A DNA stretch of 64,000 bases, taken from assembly GCF_016433145.1 (NCBI RefSeq), contig NC_058132.1, positions 100,304,847-100,368,846 on the forward strand, in the 5' to 3' direction. Shown in pieces: positions 1 to 12,480 of the stretch. Made by a program: the position numbers and the translations under genes. Under the pieces are notes generated by a model. That model was not told where the DNA came from, did no database searches, and was given only the letters and a program-made list of their open reading frames with translations. This stretch comes from Gracilinanus agilis. Its lineage: Eukaryota. The first letter of the stretch is position 1. Every line of letters begins with the position of its first letter.

Positions 1-350
1 TACTTGGCAAAACTGAGCATAATTCTTCAGAAGAAAAAAAATGGAAATTCAATAAAATAGAGGACCCTCAGGCATTCCTGATAAAAAAGACCAGAGTTGA
101 ATAGAAAACTTGACTTTAAAATTCAAGACTTAAGAGAAGCATAAAAAGATAAACAGGAAAGAGAAGTCAAAAGGGTTTTAAGAAGGTTAACTTTAAGTTT
201 AATAAGATTAAGCTGTTTATATTTCTACATGGAAAGATGATATTTATAACTTCTTTATCATTATTAGAGCAATTAGAAGTACTATACATAGATAAAGGTC
301 ACAGATGTGAGTTGAATATAATGAGATGATATATAAAAATAAAATTAAGG
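1..350 (+). mobile_element. L1 fragment: ORF1 C-terminus plus inter-ORF spacer
   Basis: Degenerate translation resembles the L1 ORF1p end (AKLSIILQ..KWxFNxIED..AFL.K.PELNRK.DF.IQD.REA); the same region occurs in reverse at about 50600-50760. Confidence 0.8.
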
Positions 351-1069
351 GATGAGAGATCACACAGTCACTGGTCCATATTCTATCAGTATCCTTAAAA
401 TATGGCACTGAGCTAAACACTGCTACAGATGTAATCTGACCGAAGCGAAAACAAAGAAATCTCCCTTCTCATGATCATTAGATTTTTTTTGTCAGCCTTA
501 GTTTTCTAATCTATAAAATGGGTTACCCTGTCATAAAGCACCTATGAGATGATGCTTTATGTGATGTGTTTTAATTATAAAGCACAATATGAACATGAAC
601 TGGTCTTATAAATAATCAGTACCACTAATTTTCACAGAATATTGGAATAATAAAGGGCTTCAGATATCATTTGATCTAATGTACAACAAAGAAACTTCTT
701 GGATCTGAAGACTGGAGATCTTGGACTGCATTCCCAAGATAAGCATCCAGGCTCCACATCCAGAGAGCAATAGTCACTTAGATTCCTCAACTATAGGATT
801 AGGGGCTTTGTCTAATCTCTATGACCACTTCCAGTTGTGATACATTGAGACTGTACATAGTCCAAATTTTCAACACCTCCCCTTCATTTCTAACAGGCTG
901 CATAGCAGTATTGGCTGACCCTTCCCTCTTTGGAGAAGCTCCAGTCCTCAGTACTAGACGGGGGAAAGAGGAACTTGTTCATTACTTTTACATTTGTAAT
1001 AGTAGTGAAAAGATGAAGAGGCAGCAAGGGATTGATTAAAAGTGGAATTGAGAGGTAAGAGGAATAGGT

Positions 1070-1310
1070 GGTTATGTGGTACAATGGATAGAGTTGGACC
1101 TGACTCAAGGTCAAAACTAAATTTGGTCACTTTCTAGCCATGTTCCCCTAGGCAAGCCACCTGACCTTTTTTGCCTCAGTTTCCCCATCTGTAAAGTAAG
1201 GATAATTTTAGCAGCTACCTCCCAGGGTTGTGGTAAGACTCAAAGGGGATGATAGCTGTGAAGAGCTTAGCACAGTGTCTGGTATACAGTAGGTGATTAA
1301 TAAATACTTC
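1070..1310 (+). mobile_element. MIR/CORE-SINE
   Basis: CORE motif ggcaagccacctgacc...gcctcagtttccccatctgtaaa followed by an L2-like tail. Confidence 0.8.
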
Positions 1311-1399
1311 CTTCCAAGAAGAAGGGGGGGGGGGTAAAAAGGAGAAAAGAGGATCAAACACTGAGAGGGCAAGAAGAGATGTCTTTTAGGAAGGACATT

Positions 1400-1690
1400 G
1401 CTAAGCTAAAGAACACATAGAGGAAGGCAAAACCAGAATGGCAAAAGTCTTTGACTCCATCCCCATGAGGACCAGTTAGAGAAACTAGGGGGTTTATTCT
1501 GGAGAAGAGAAGCAGTATCAGAACATAACAGAGGTCTTCAATTATCTGAATGGCTATCAGAAAGAACAATTTAATTTGTTCTGCTTGGTCTTAGGAAAAA
1601 ATTAGGAACCCAAGGTTGAAGCTGCAAGCATGCAAATTAAGGTTTGAGCTAAGATTTTCTAACAATTAGGTCTAACCAAAGAAGTGGGGT
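1400..1690 (+). mobile_element. CR1/L3 LINE 3' fragment
   Basis: ggtttattctggagaagagaag...gtcttcaattatctgaatggct...ttgttctgcttgg resembles the CR1/L3 RT C-terminal region. Confidence 0.7.
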
Positions 1691-1903
1691 GAGATGCCTT
1701 GTGATGTTCTGGACTTCCCTCCTGTCATGATGTAACAGAAGCTCTGTGTTTGTCCTTGGAATGGGTAGTGGTGGGATTTGGACCTCTAAATATCCCCATT
1801 TTGTCACTTCGTTCACCATCCCCCTCCAAGCTATCCCCAGGAGATTTGGGAGATGGGGGAACCTTTGCATTTTAGGGGAGGTACTTCCCCCACTAGCCCT
1901 TAC

Positions 1904-2059
1904 CCTCAAACAGCAACAGGCACCTATCTCTATCTCTTTCCACTGGTAGCGTTTCCAGTGGCAGCTGTACAGGCCCTGCAGGAAAGCTAAGATGCGATGT
2001 CGCCGATACCGGTGCTGTAACTCCGTCTTCACCACCTTAATTCTGCTCATGTTCAGCAT
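1904..2059 (-). CDS. GDPD4: GDPD4 (glycerophosphodiester phosphodiesterase domain-containing 4), first coding exon; exon 1904-2109; downstream exons lie left of the window
   Basis: Translates MLNMSRIKVVKTELQHRYRRHRILAFLQGLYSCHWKRYQWKEIEIGACCCLR, matching the GDPD2/4/5 N-terminal motif (FLxGxYSCxW...ExGxCCC-R, recalled from mouse Gdpd4). Acceptor ttgatccttccag| at 2110, phase-0 donor AGG|gtaagg at 1903, CpG-retaining sequence, same strand as and downstream of PAK1. Confidence 0.88.
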
Positions 2060-2335
2060 TGCGGGATTAAAAGAATTATTCTCATTGGGCAGTGAAAGCA
2101 GCCGTGTCTCTGGAAGGATCAAGGTGAGAAGATCAAAGTCTGAGACTCTCACCAAGGCATTTTTCCCTGGTTTCAACACCCATAACCCAATAGGAAGCTG
2201 CCCTTCCACAAGGCAGAGCCTTGGACAAGGATCCCACAAATAGGATTCTGCTCCAATACCGATTTTCTGTGTAGCATTGATCAAGCCCTACTCCCAACCC
2301 CTCAACTGGGTTCAATTCTCTTCTATGTAATTAAA

Positions 2336-2578
2336 TGGGCATAGTGGCACATGCCTTTAATTCCTGCTCCTGGAGAGCTTAAGGTGGGTGGATCATAAGT
2401 TCTGGAGTTCTAGAGTTCTAGTCTAAGTCAATTAGACAGCTATACCATGACTAGCACCAACAAAGGGATCCATCTTGCTGCCTAAGGTGGAGCAAAAGCC
2501 CATCAATAGTAAGGCTGGGTCTATGAGTGGCCCTATATTTTCAAGCCTGCAGGAGATAGGCAGACCTTATCTCAAAAA
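2336..2578 (+). mobile_element. 7SL RNA-derived retroposon/pseudogene (P7SL_MD-like)
   Basis: gggcatagtggcacatgcctttaattcctgct...aggtgggtggatc...ctaaggtggagcaaaagcc...agaccttatctcaaaa follows the 7SL Alu and S domain order, internally deleted and degenerate. Confidence 0.75.
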
Positions 2579-3589
2579 TAAATTTCTTTTTAATGGAAAT
2601 TATAATAACATCGAATGGAAAATTCATTGAGATGAAAGATGGGAAAGTGCTTAGAAAAGTCAAGCCTGCTCTCCAACAATAGAGTTAGGGCCTAGATTTG
2701 AGATTTAATAGATTTGAGATTTAATTGCTATCAGGAATCTCCCTCTGTAAATGCAGGCAAGCACTTTCCCTGCCCCTTCTAGCTATAGAGAGGTGCCTGG
2801 GGCATCAAGAGGTAAGTGACTCACCCAACCAGTGTTACATAGCCAGTGTGGGTCAGAGGCAGGCCAGGCTCCAAGACCAACTCTCTATCCACTATCCTAC
2901 ACTACTATCGGCAACAGCGAAAGTAGTAGTGGTGAGAGAGTCTAGGACCTTACCTCTATATGACACTATTCCCTTTATCTTTTATGATATGTTTTTTTAA
3001 ATGGAACATTGTTTTTAGTGGAACATTTGGGGTATCTCCCTCTCCCCCGAACATCATCCAGTGAGTGCTTTAAGTTATTACCTGTTTTGCAAGGTTGCTA
3101 GACAACCTTGACAACCAACCATCCAAATAAACAGATCTGGGTTAAAACTGGAGACATTATCACCTATAGTTATCTGTATGTGTGTGTGAGTGATAGGTCA
3201 CTGCATCCATCTTTGTCAGACACCCTTATCTGCTATGGCCTTTAAAATTAGGCAGAGTTGGCAGGGAGCAGGTTTGTTTTTTTATTTGTTGCAATTGTTC
3301 TACTGAACAAAGGGCATTCATTGCACATAATAAACAATAGACTAGAAAATTATCATTTATTAAATAGATGACAGGTGAGCTAAGTAGCCCCTAAATAGAG
3401 CTACTTTCTTTCCTAAGTCCCCATTTACCTGGGCAAACTTTAATCATGTTTTTCTTGTCCTTGGGTTGATTCATTATTCCAAATCCTAGTAGATTTTTTA
3501 AAATAAGAAAAAAAGTAAGAAGGGTAGAAAGGAATCAAGAAATAATAATGACAATAATGTTATGATAATGATTTGATAACAGTTTTACA

Positions 3590-3760
3590 ATATCTTGTGA
3601 TAATAACAATATAACAGTTACATTTACTTAGCACTATATTATTATCCTCATTTTACAAATGAGGAAAACAAGGCTTAAGAAGGTGAAGTAACTTGTCCAG
3701 ACAGCTAGTAAGTGCCAGAGCCCAAGTCTTCCAAACTCTGACTCCTATACTCTATGTAAA
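3590..3760 (-). mobile_element. MIR-type SINE
   Basis: cattttacaaatgaggaaaacaagg...aagtaacttgtccagacagctagtaagtg is the reverse CORE motif. Confidence 0.7.
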
Positions 3761-5689
3761 CCAAAGGAATTCCTACCCTAATGCATGAGGTCACACAAAA
3801 ATGAATAGCAGAACCAGTATTCAAACTAAACTCCTCTGACTGTGAATTCAATGGTCTTTCCACTGATACTGTGAAATAAGATGTATTTCTTTCTTTTAAA
3901 GGATGACTATGAAAATATTTGTAGCCAATAGATAACAAACCTATGCTGCAGAAGCTAGACACAAAGAAATTTTATTAAGTAATAGATATGCTCCTAAAAA
4001 TAGTTATCTATTTTAATGCTCCATGACTTTAATAGAAAGGGGACTTTGGGGGAAATAGAAAAAAACAGTGAAAATGATTCAGAAATGAGAAATAAGAGAG
4101 GCCAAAAGCTGTTACATTACAAATAAGTCTCAAGCCTATCATCAAAATTTATTAAAAATTTTTTCAATTACCAAATATTTATTTTCTCTTTGAAAAGGTT
4201 TAAAAAAGGCAAAATGAAACCCTTAGAAAATGCACATGGTAGATCAACATAAAATGTTTCATTTTGCATCCCAAGTACATTACCTCCTGTGAATTCTTTC
4301 TTCATTTAGAGTCAGTCATAGGTGCTGAAAAGGAAAGCATTGAATAAATAAGGTCACAATTAAAGGATTATAACCTAAAAGGCTACCAATATGGAAAAAC
4401 TTTTTAATATATAGTGACCATCAAATTGTCAGGACAAAAATCAAAACCAAATTGCTATCAGATGAAAGGGGATGGCACACATTTGAGGAAGCTGACTTAT
4501 TTAAATAAGCTGATGACATACATACAAACACATAAAAAGGAAATGGATGAAAGAACAGATATCCACACTATCTCCATTTCCTAAGGAAGGCAAACAGATT
4601 TAAATTAGTCTTCATGGAGGCAGAGTCAATAAATCACCTAAACCAGAAAATCTAAAACTCTTTAGTATGTAACTATGGCAGCCAAAGGCAATATGGATTT
4701 TTGAACATAAATCTATTTGTATGATCTAACAGAGGACTTACAGATGGAAGATGATAATGAGCATTACGGTTTCATAAAACATCAAGGAGTGATGGAGGGA
4801 AAGACAGCTTTTTAAAAAGCTTGACCAGAGACCCAACTAAGCCTAATTATCCCAAGAATATTTAAGTTGAAACTCGTAAAAGGGTAACAATCAAAAAATG
4901 GGAAAGATCTATCCAAATTTCTTAAACTCTTTTCACCACCAAAAACAATTATAGTCACCATATTTGAAGTATAACAACATATTAGAATACAATATCCCTG
5001 ACATGCTGCATGAGGAGGTATAAAAGAGATGGGAAAACTATAGATATATAGGAAACTATACACAACAAACAAGTATCTATATAGAGGGACTCCATGATAA
5101 GAGTTTTAAGGGCATTAAGAGATCAAATTTTGTTTGTATAGTTGTTTACATGTCATTCCTCACCCCACCCCAACTCCCCAGTTTTTGAATGAATAATTCA
5201 CACCCTTCTATTCTTTATCATTGTAGGTGCAAATTAACCGAACTCTTGACTAACTAAAAATTAGATCAGTCCTGGACATATTAATGGGACCAACAAAATC
5301 CTTATAGACTGGAGAGATAATCTCATGTGCAAACAGTTGTGACTGCCTAAGGAATTCAAGGCTCTATGAGGTGCAGAGATGGACAAGATTAATAGTGCCC
5401 TTGAAAGCTCCTTCGTGATCTCCTTGAGAACTGGAATTATCTTTTACTTTTCTTTGTATATTAACTTCTCAGCACAGTACCTGGCTTACTAAATCCTTAC
5501 TAATTCACTGAAATGGAGAATGCCTGACTCAAAGAGGTGAAAAAAATCATAAGAGCAGTTCCTGAAAAAAAAGGTGATTACATGTCTGTCGATAATTATT
5601 GATCCTAAATCTGCCCTCAGACACTTCCTAACTATATGATCCTTTAACCCCAGTTTCCTGGCCCTTATTGCTCTTCTTCCTCAGAAACA

Positions 5690-6580
5690 ATTCTAAGAGA
5701 GAAGACAAGTGTCCTAAAATTCAGAGTTTGAAATGTTTTGGAGGAATTTTAGAAGAGACTCTCCAGCACCTCAAATCTTTGGAAGAAGGTGCCATGGAAA
5801 TGCCTATGGAAACCACACACTGAATCAAGAGATCCAGAATGAACTGAACTGAAAGGGGTTGAACACATTTATTCTGAATGTAAACTCTTATGCCAAAGGG
5901 GATTGCTTTCAATTGGCTTTTTGTCAATGCATCTATTAGTTATAGTTTTATTGTCTTTTATTTCCCTCTTGTTCCCGGGTTGCTGTAATTTTCCCTTAGA
6001 AAGGGCAATGTTTTATACACCTTTAGTGGGAGAATTCTTAGAGATATATGTTGGTTATTTGAAATGATTCATTGGGGAGACTAGGCATATTAATCTCCCA
6101 AGACCCTCAATTGAGGAGATTTCAACATGCTCATCTCCCATTAGAATCACAGTGGGGGATTATGAGAAGAGAATTTGTATGTTGATTTGATCAATCAGAG
6201 ATTTGAACTTCCTTTCCATTTGTTTTGAATTTGGGTCAATCAGCAATCCCAAAATTGATCCCACAGGTACTGCCCCCTCTAGATGGTGCCAGGCTAATTG
6301 CGGAACTGGGATTGGTTCTTAGAGAGTGATGTAAAAGAGCTAGTGGGTGTAGTAAGGATTTATGAGACCCAACAGGAAGCTAGCAGGTTATTTTCTGAGG
6401 CTGAGATTCAGAGACAGACACGGAGTTGTTAGCTCTGGCTTATTAGGCTAGGAAATTCTTCATCTCCTTTCTATATTTCTCTCTTATTTTCTTTTTCTTA
6501 CTTATAAATCTAGCTATTAACAGTCTTGTGACTTAAGGGTTAATTACAATTTTTGGCAACCATCCATTCTAACCATTACA
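5690..6580 (+). mobile_element. LTR-element 3' internal fragment, PPT and LTR (LTR about 6161-6580)
   Basis: 5690-6150 is clearly similar to the internal sequence at 31450-31940; PPT-like agtgggggat precedes an LTR-like segment ending ...aaccattaca. Confidence 0.65.
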
Positions 6581-6976
6581 GTGTTTTAAAAAATAAATGT
6601 TATTGATCCTTACAAATTTCTAACCTCTAGAAACCCTTTAAAATAATATAGATATCTATAGATATAGGTTAAATACCTATAAATGGTTATCTATAGGTCA
6701 ATATCCATAGGTAGGTATGGTATCTAAAGTTAGACAGATAGGATAGAGAGATAAGGGCGTTCTTTACAAAAATGAGAAAAACAAACAAGCAACTTCCCCA
6801 CGTTACACAGCAGATAACATCTCTGCAGTTTCACTGAGAAGTATAATGAATTAAGGATGTATTTGTTCAAGAATGTAAATTCCTTGATGGTATCTTGTCT
6901 TGCCTTCCCAGCTGCTAAAACAGTGCCTTACACATAGAGTATACTTAAAAATGTGATAAATTGAATGGAATTTGTT

Positions 6977-7016
6977 TATATTATATTATATTATATTATA
7001 TTATATTATATTATAT
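6977..7016. repeat. (TATAT)n microsatellite
   Basis: Direct read. Confidence 0.95.
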
Positions 7017-7359
7017 CAAAATGCCACCTTAAAATATTTTCTCCTCTAACAGAGAATTTCCCCCATCTATGATAAAAAAACATAGATTTCTTGGAAGATG
7101 TTACAACAACGATGACCTTTTGAATATGAGTGGCAAACAACATTAAAAAGATATTAACAGTCCTGGCAAGACTTGAATTGGATGCCTTTTACAGGGTGGC
7201 TAAAGTCATTAAAAACCTAATTAAATCAAATCATAAGCTGTACTGTCCTTCTGGAAGCCATATTTATATTTCTTTCCAGTTTAGGAAGATGGGAAGTTAA
7301 CCTGTAATTGGGGACAGAAGACAAAAATTTTCCCCTACAATTGGAGTTTTAAGGATTTA

Positions 7360-7620
7360 TAATGATAATTGCTAGCATTTACATGGCAGTTTAAGATTAT
7401 CAAAGTACTTTACAAATATTATCTCATTTGATTCTTCTAACAACCCTCAAAGGGTAGCTACTTCTATTATTCCCATTTTACACATAATGAAATGGAGTCA
7501 GATACTGTTTAAGTGATTTTCTTAGAGTCACAGAGCTAGTAAAGTTCTAAAACAGAATTTGAACTGGGGACTTCCTGCCTCGAGGTCCAGTGCTCTATCC
7601 ATTGTGCCACCTAGCATCTG
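7360..7620 (-). mobile_element. MIR-type SINE
   Basis: gctagcatttacatggc...ctcatttgattcttctaacaaccc...cccattttac...ttgaactggggacttcctgcc. Confidence 0.75.
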
Positions 7621-8074
7621 CCTTAAGAGGGAAGAAAGAAAGAAGACAATTGAAATGGGACCATTTCCTTCCTAAAACTCTGGTGGAAATCTGAAAGGCC
7701 AAGTAGGAAGAACAAGGAAATTAGCTCAGAGGATTGGGAGCACTGAGGGGGAAAAAAAGAACACCAAAGTGGAAGAACTGGTGGCCTTTACCCCAGCCTT
7801 TTGTCTTTTTATTCTATTAAAGATTGCATCTCACTGTAGTAATCTTAATTCTCATAAATTCATATGGTTAACCCTGTCCTATGTATAGCCTTGTGTACCT
7901 TTGTTTGCACAGGACATCTAAAGGGTAGAGAGTAACCTTTTTGAGTGCAGAGTTGGGATCCCAATCCCTCAGCACATTGATCAAAAGCTTTCCCTCTCCA
8001 ATAGAGGTCATTCTCATAAGCCATTCATATGTTTCATAACTATCCTTCCAAGGACAGCATTATTTCTTTTAAAC

Positions 8075-8490
8075 CCTTACCTTCTGTATTAGATCAATAT
8101 TGTGTATCAGTTCCAAGGCAGAAGAATGGTAAGGGCTAGGCAATGGGGGTCAAGTGACTTGCCCAGGATCATACCAGGGATGGAATTATTATAAACTTGG
8201 GTCTTTTTAAATGTGGCTCTCTTATGGAAACACAAACCTTACCTAATAATTCCTAGAGTTACACAGGTATGCCTTCTACTACAATGCTGATGGAATTGTG
8301 TTAGTTCAACCTTTTTTTTTTTTTAAACCTTTACCTTCCATCTTAGACTCAATACTGTATATTGGTTCCAAGGTAGAATAGTAGTAACGGCTTGGCAATG
8401 AAGGTTAGGTGACTTACCTAAGCTCACACAATTAGAAAGTGTCTGTGGTCAGATTTGAACCTTGGGACTTCCCGAACTACCTAGCTGCTC
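8075..8490 (-). mobile_element. Two SINE1_Mdo-type SINE fragments (8075-8180, 8320-8490)
   Basis: Diagnostic tail aaacccttaccttc...ttccaaggcagaagaatggtaagggctaggcaatggggg. Confidence 0.8.
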
Positions 8491-8539
8491 CTGGTCCAAC
8501 CTTTTTTGAAAACTATATGGAATTACCAAACAAGTTATC

Positions 8540-9140
8540 AAAATGGGTACATCCACTCACCTAAATGGTATAAACTACTCTAAAGAAGTTACATCCAGAG
8601 GGTATGATGGGGGGAGAGGGGGTGTTTGGGGGAGAAATTCATCCACAAAAAATTTTCCCTGGAGAACTAATTATAACCAAAAAAAAAAATTGCAAACAAC
8701 CTAGCAATTAGGGAATGGCTGGACAAATTTTGGCATATAAATGCAATGGGATCTTATGATGCCATAAGAAACAAAGAATTTGAGGAATGCAAAGAAATAT
8801 AGAAAAATAAATCAAGTGGTACACAGTGAACAACAAAGAAGCAAATATGAAGCAATAACCACAACTTAAAGACTATAAAAACAGAAACAAATTTATGACA
8901 CTATAAAGAGGGTCAAAAAGATATGATGAAAACAATATGCTATGACTAAACTAATTTCAATATACTCCCTTCTAGGGATGAGGTTAATAATCATAAATAA
9001 CAAGTTTGTGGTGAGCTTGTTTCACCTCAAATAAAATTTGAAATGAAAATTTTCTTTTTCATTTTCTTATTCATATGCCTATATTTAGAAATACTTAAAA
9101 GTTCGTGGAGGCTAAATTAAATTCAATAATAAAATAATTT
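8540..9140 (+). mobile_element. Old L1 ORF2 C-terminus/3'UTR
   Basis: ttgcaaacaacctagcaattagggaatggctggacaaattttggcatataaatgcaatggg...gccataagaa resembles the L1 ORF2 end (WLxKLWY). Confidence 0.7.
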
Positions 9141-9874
9141 TTCATAGAACTAAAAAAATTTGGATGTGTGAATGTTCTTCGCTTTCAATCTTTACAATCA
9201 AATAGGGGAGGAGGCAAGGAATAAAAATAGCAAACACTAAAAAAGAACATGAGGCTTAACGTACTGGTTCAAAGGTGGTCCCAATCATCAGAAATCACTG
9301 GACCCTCTTTCTTGCCTCTGAAGCCCCAGCTTCTTTCCAACTGAACTATTTAGGCAGCAATTCTTGGTCAAGAACCTGAGCTACACTTTGTTCCTGTATA
9401 ATCTATACGCCATATTACATCATCACTTCAGTAGCATGACTCTCCCTCCAATTTCCTCTCTAGATTGTAGCAACCACTCTTTGGCCAAGCATCAACAGAT
9501 ACTGTCGCTAAGAACTTGATGAGAAAACCTGGAGATCGCAGGAACACTTAAATTGTTGCCTTTCCCAGCCTTGGTCTCCCCATCTGTAAAAGGGGATACC
9601 TGCACTACAAATCTCCATAGCTTTTACCATTCTTCTACCTTGGAAGCAATACACAGAATTGAGTCTAAGATGGAAGGTAAGAGTTTTTTAAAAAATGACT
9701 GGGCCACACACAGTTCCACCAGTGTTGTAGTAGCAGGCACACCTGTGTAACTCCAGAAATTATTAAGTAAAGTTTGTGGTTATGTGAGTCAAGTTTAAGA
9801 GGACCCAAGTTTATACTGGAAAGCCATAGAGTACTGAAGAAAGGTGAGGAATTACTGTTACTACACAAGTATTT

Positions 9875-10050
9875 AAATCCTTACCTTCTGTCTTAGAATC
9901 AATGGCAAGTATTGGGTTCCGAGGCAGAAGAGTAGCAAGAGCTAGGCAATGGGGTCACACAGCTAGGAAGTGTCTGAGACCACATCTGAACCCAGGACCG
10001 CACCCGTCTCTAGACCTGGCTTTCTATCTACTGAGCCATATAGTTTCCCT
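9875..10050 (-). mobile_element. SINE1_Mdo-type SINE
   Basis: ccttaccttctgtcttagaatcaat...ttccgaggcagaagagtagc...ctaggcaatgggg. Confidence 0.8.
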
Positions 10051-10247
10051 TTAAAGTTCCTAGTAATGGGTTATCCTTCAAGAAGGAGAAAAAGGACAAA
10101 AGAGGAAGAAGAGATGGAATAAAAAGAGAAAGAGGAGGAAAATATGAAGAGAGGAGAAAAGGAAGAGAAAATATCATGAAGTGGCAGAAAAGGAGGAAAA
10201 GAACTGTTTCTCCTGTAGCTCAGGGAGAGGACCTGAGCTAAAGCCAT

Positions 10248-10307
<60 letters not shown>
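10248..10307. repeat. (CT)n microsatellite followed by a degenerate CT-rich tract to about 10440
   Basis: Direct read. Confidence 0.95.
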
Positions 10308-10311
<4 letters not shown>

Positions 10312-11066
10312 CCAAACCCCCCATCTCTGTATTACTCTGTCTCTTCCTTTGCGCTCTCTCGCTCTCTCTCCTCATCTCTGTATCACTGTCTCTGCCTTTC
10401 CCTCTCTGTCTCTGTCTCTGTCTTTCTCTGTCTCTCTCTCACACAAAGTAGTATTGGCAAGGGCAGGGTACAGGTAAGTAAGAAAAAGAGTAATTCCAGT
10501 CCACCCCTATCTTCTTCTCCCTCCTGACAGCAGTGGCCCAGGGCCCCAGGAGTGTGATCCTTCCTGGTTCAATGACCAAGTTTTCAAGCCCTGTGCCATC
10601 CCACCCTAAGCTTTACCTACAACCTAGCTCTGCTCTAGGTCACTCTTCAGAGAACCTAATGTACTTCAGGGTGTTTTATGATGGAGAATTTCATTAACCC
10701 CTCCCAGGTAATATAGTACAACTCAGAATGGGAATTAGAAGGCTTGGCCTTTTCCCAGCACCTCCACCCTAACCCTCATTCTGAGGGCAACAGCCTGACA
10801 GAGCTCAAGTCTTTCCCCCAAATTGAGTACCAGGGTCTTGATAGCATTTAACCTGTAGACATAGTCTGTGTAATGGGATTTGGAGGGGGGTGGGGTAACA
10901 GGGGAGGATGGGAAAGGGGCACTCTTCCCAAAGGGAACACGCATACATAAGGTGGAAATCAAGTGCCACCCATAACCATTTCTCAAGCCAGACACAGCTC
11001 CTGTCCCCTACTATGTCTGGGTTTCACCCCCTCCCATCCCAGATCCTCCCTTGACCAACTGCTCAC

Positions 11067-11121
11067 CTAACCATACTTTCCTTCCAAGTGTCAGGCTCTA
11101 GAGTGGCAGTTGCTAAGCAAC
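11067..11121 (-). promoter_or_regulatory. RFX X-box (GTTGCTAAGCAAC, 11109-11121) with downstream minus-strand donor TTAG|GTGAGC (11067/11066); candidate alternative first exon of GDPD4
   Basis: 13-bp palindromic X-box and strong donor read directly; function is inferred. Confidence 0.5.
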
Positions 11122-12239
11122 GCCAGCCTTTCCTCCTTCCCTAGTGGTCCCTGATTCTACTTCCCTTCTCAGAGTTCTGGAGGACTCTCAGGGAGGTGAT
11201 ACTGATGTTGGATGGAGTCTCCTTCCTGGGGAGAGACATTAAGTCTCTGATACCTCTTCAGGAAGTGGCTTCTCTTCCTCACAAGCCAAAGAATGAGGGG
11301 GACTTCCATGTCTGGCAGCCAAGCAGAGAATTCACTCATGGGCCATATGCCATGATGGAGGGAAGTCAAGGGCTCCTTGATCACAAAACTCATGCTTCAC
11401 CCAACCACCAAAAAGTCCTGCCACATAAGAGCAATATGTGAGTGTAGTGGGAGAAGTGCTGGACTTCTCAATCACAAGAGCTAGGGTCTAAGACTAACTC
11501 AGAGAGAGCAGTTATGGGACCTCTGGCAAATTCCTAAACCCTTGTAAACCAGGTTTCTGGTCTTTTTAAAAGAGTGCTGCCATCTGATCTGCCTCCTTCA
11601 TAGGACTGCTATGAGGAGCAAAGAATTTCAGAAACCATCAAGCAGGACAGAAAATGACCCAGCACTGAATCTTAAGGCTGGGAAATTATTATGAAGAGGC
11701 ATGAGCAGGGACTTTCTCCCTCCTTTGAGGAAATGGAGAACAGTGCCACAAATATCTGATTTTTCCATGTGTCAGTTATCTCTCTGAACTGGTTTCTCTT
11801 CTCTCCTCATCCCTTAATTCCTTCCTTCTGAGATTATCTCCCATTTACTCTGCATCTATCCCATACATACATTTACATGCTGTCACTTCCCTTAGACTTT
11901 GAGCTCCCTGAGGCCAAGGATTGCCTTTGTATCCCTAGTATTCAAGAGTGCCTCAAACATAGGAAGCCCTTAATAAATGATTGTTGACTGATTTTTAACT
12001 CAGCTATTTTATCTGTCTATCTAAAATTTAAATTAATTTTAATAAGGCAATACTTAATTAATATTAATTTGTTTAAATTTAAATAAGTTTAAATTTACTA
12101 AAATTAAATAAAATTTAAATTCTTCAGTATGATAGTATAGGATGGCTCTCTATGAAGAAAAGGGAGACATCAGAAAATGCTAGTGTTATAAAAGCTAAAT
12201 ATAATAATATTTCTTTTTTAAAGGGAGAGGGGGGGAAAG

Positions 12240-12480
12240 AAGTATTTTATATAATAGCTACTATGTGCCAGGTCCTGGGCTAAGCACTTCACAAATATTA
12301 TGCCATATGATTCTCAAAACAACTCTGCAAGGTAGCTGCTTAAGAAAGTGGAGGAGCAGACGTTAAAGTGAGTGATTTCTCAAGGTCATACAGCTACAAG
12401 TGTCTTAATGCCAGATTTGAATTCAGGTCTTCCTGAGTCCAGGCCCAGAGCCCTATCCATTGCTTCACCAGTTGCCTCTA
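12240..12480 (-). mobile_element. MIR/MAR1-type SINE
   Basis: tactatgtgccagg...ctaagcacttcacaaatatt...aaggtcatacagct...gatttgaattcaggtcttcctgagtccagg. Confidence 0.75.

Noticed and set aside
1354-1569. Hydrophobic minus-strand ORF as the next GDPD4 exon
   Set aside because: It is antisense to a CR1/L3 fragment and lacks the expected GDPD4 motifs.
1992-2243. Plus-strand ORF MRCRRYRCCNSVFTTLILLMFSIAGLKELF with donor-like AAG|gtgaga, resembling a type II membrane protein start
   Set aside because: It is the antisense frame of the GDPD4 exon, which has family homology, proper splice sites and synteny.
1649-2284. 211-aa minus-strand ORF as one gene
   Set aside because: Only 1904-2109 is bounded by splice sites and homologous to GDPD4; the rest is intronic read-through.
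10445-10480. Plus-strand CAG|gtaagt donor after the CT tract
   Set aside because: A chance splice-like pair next to a microsatellite, with no plus-strand gene evidence.
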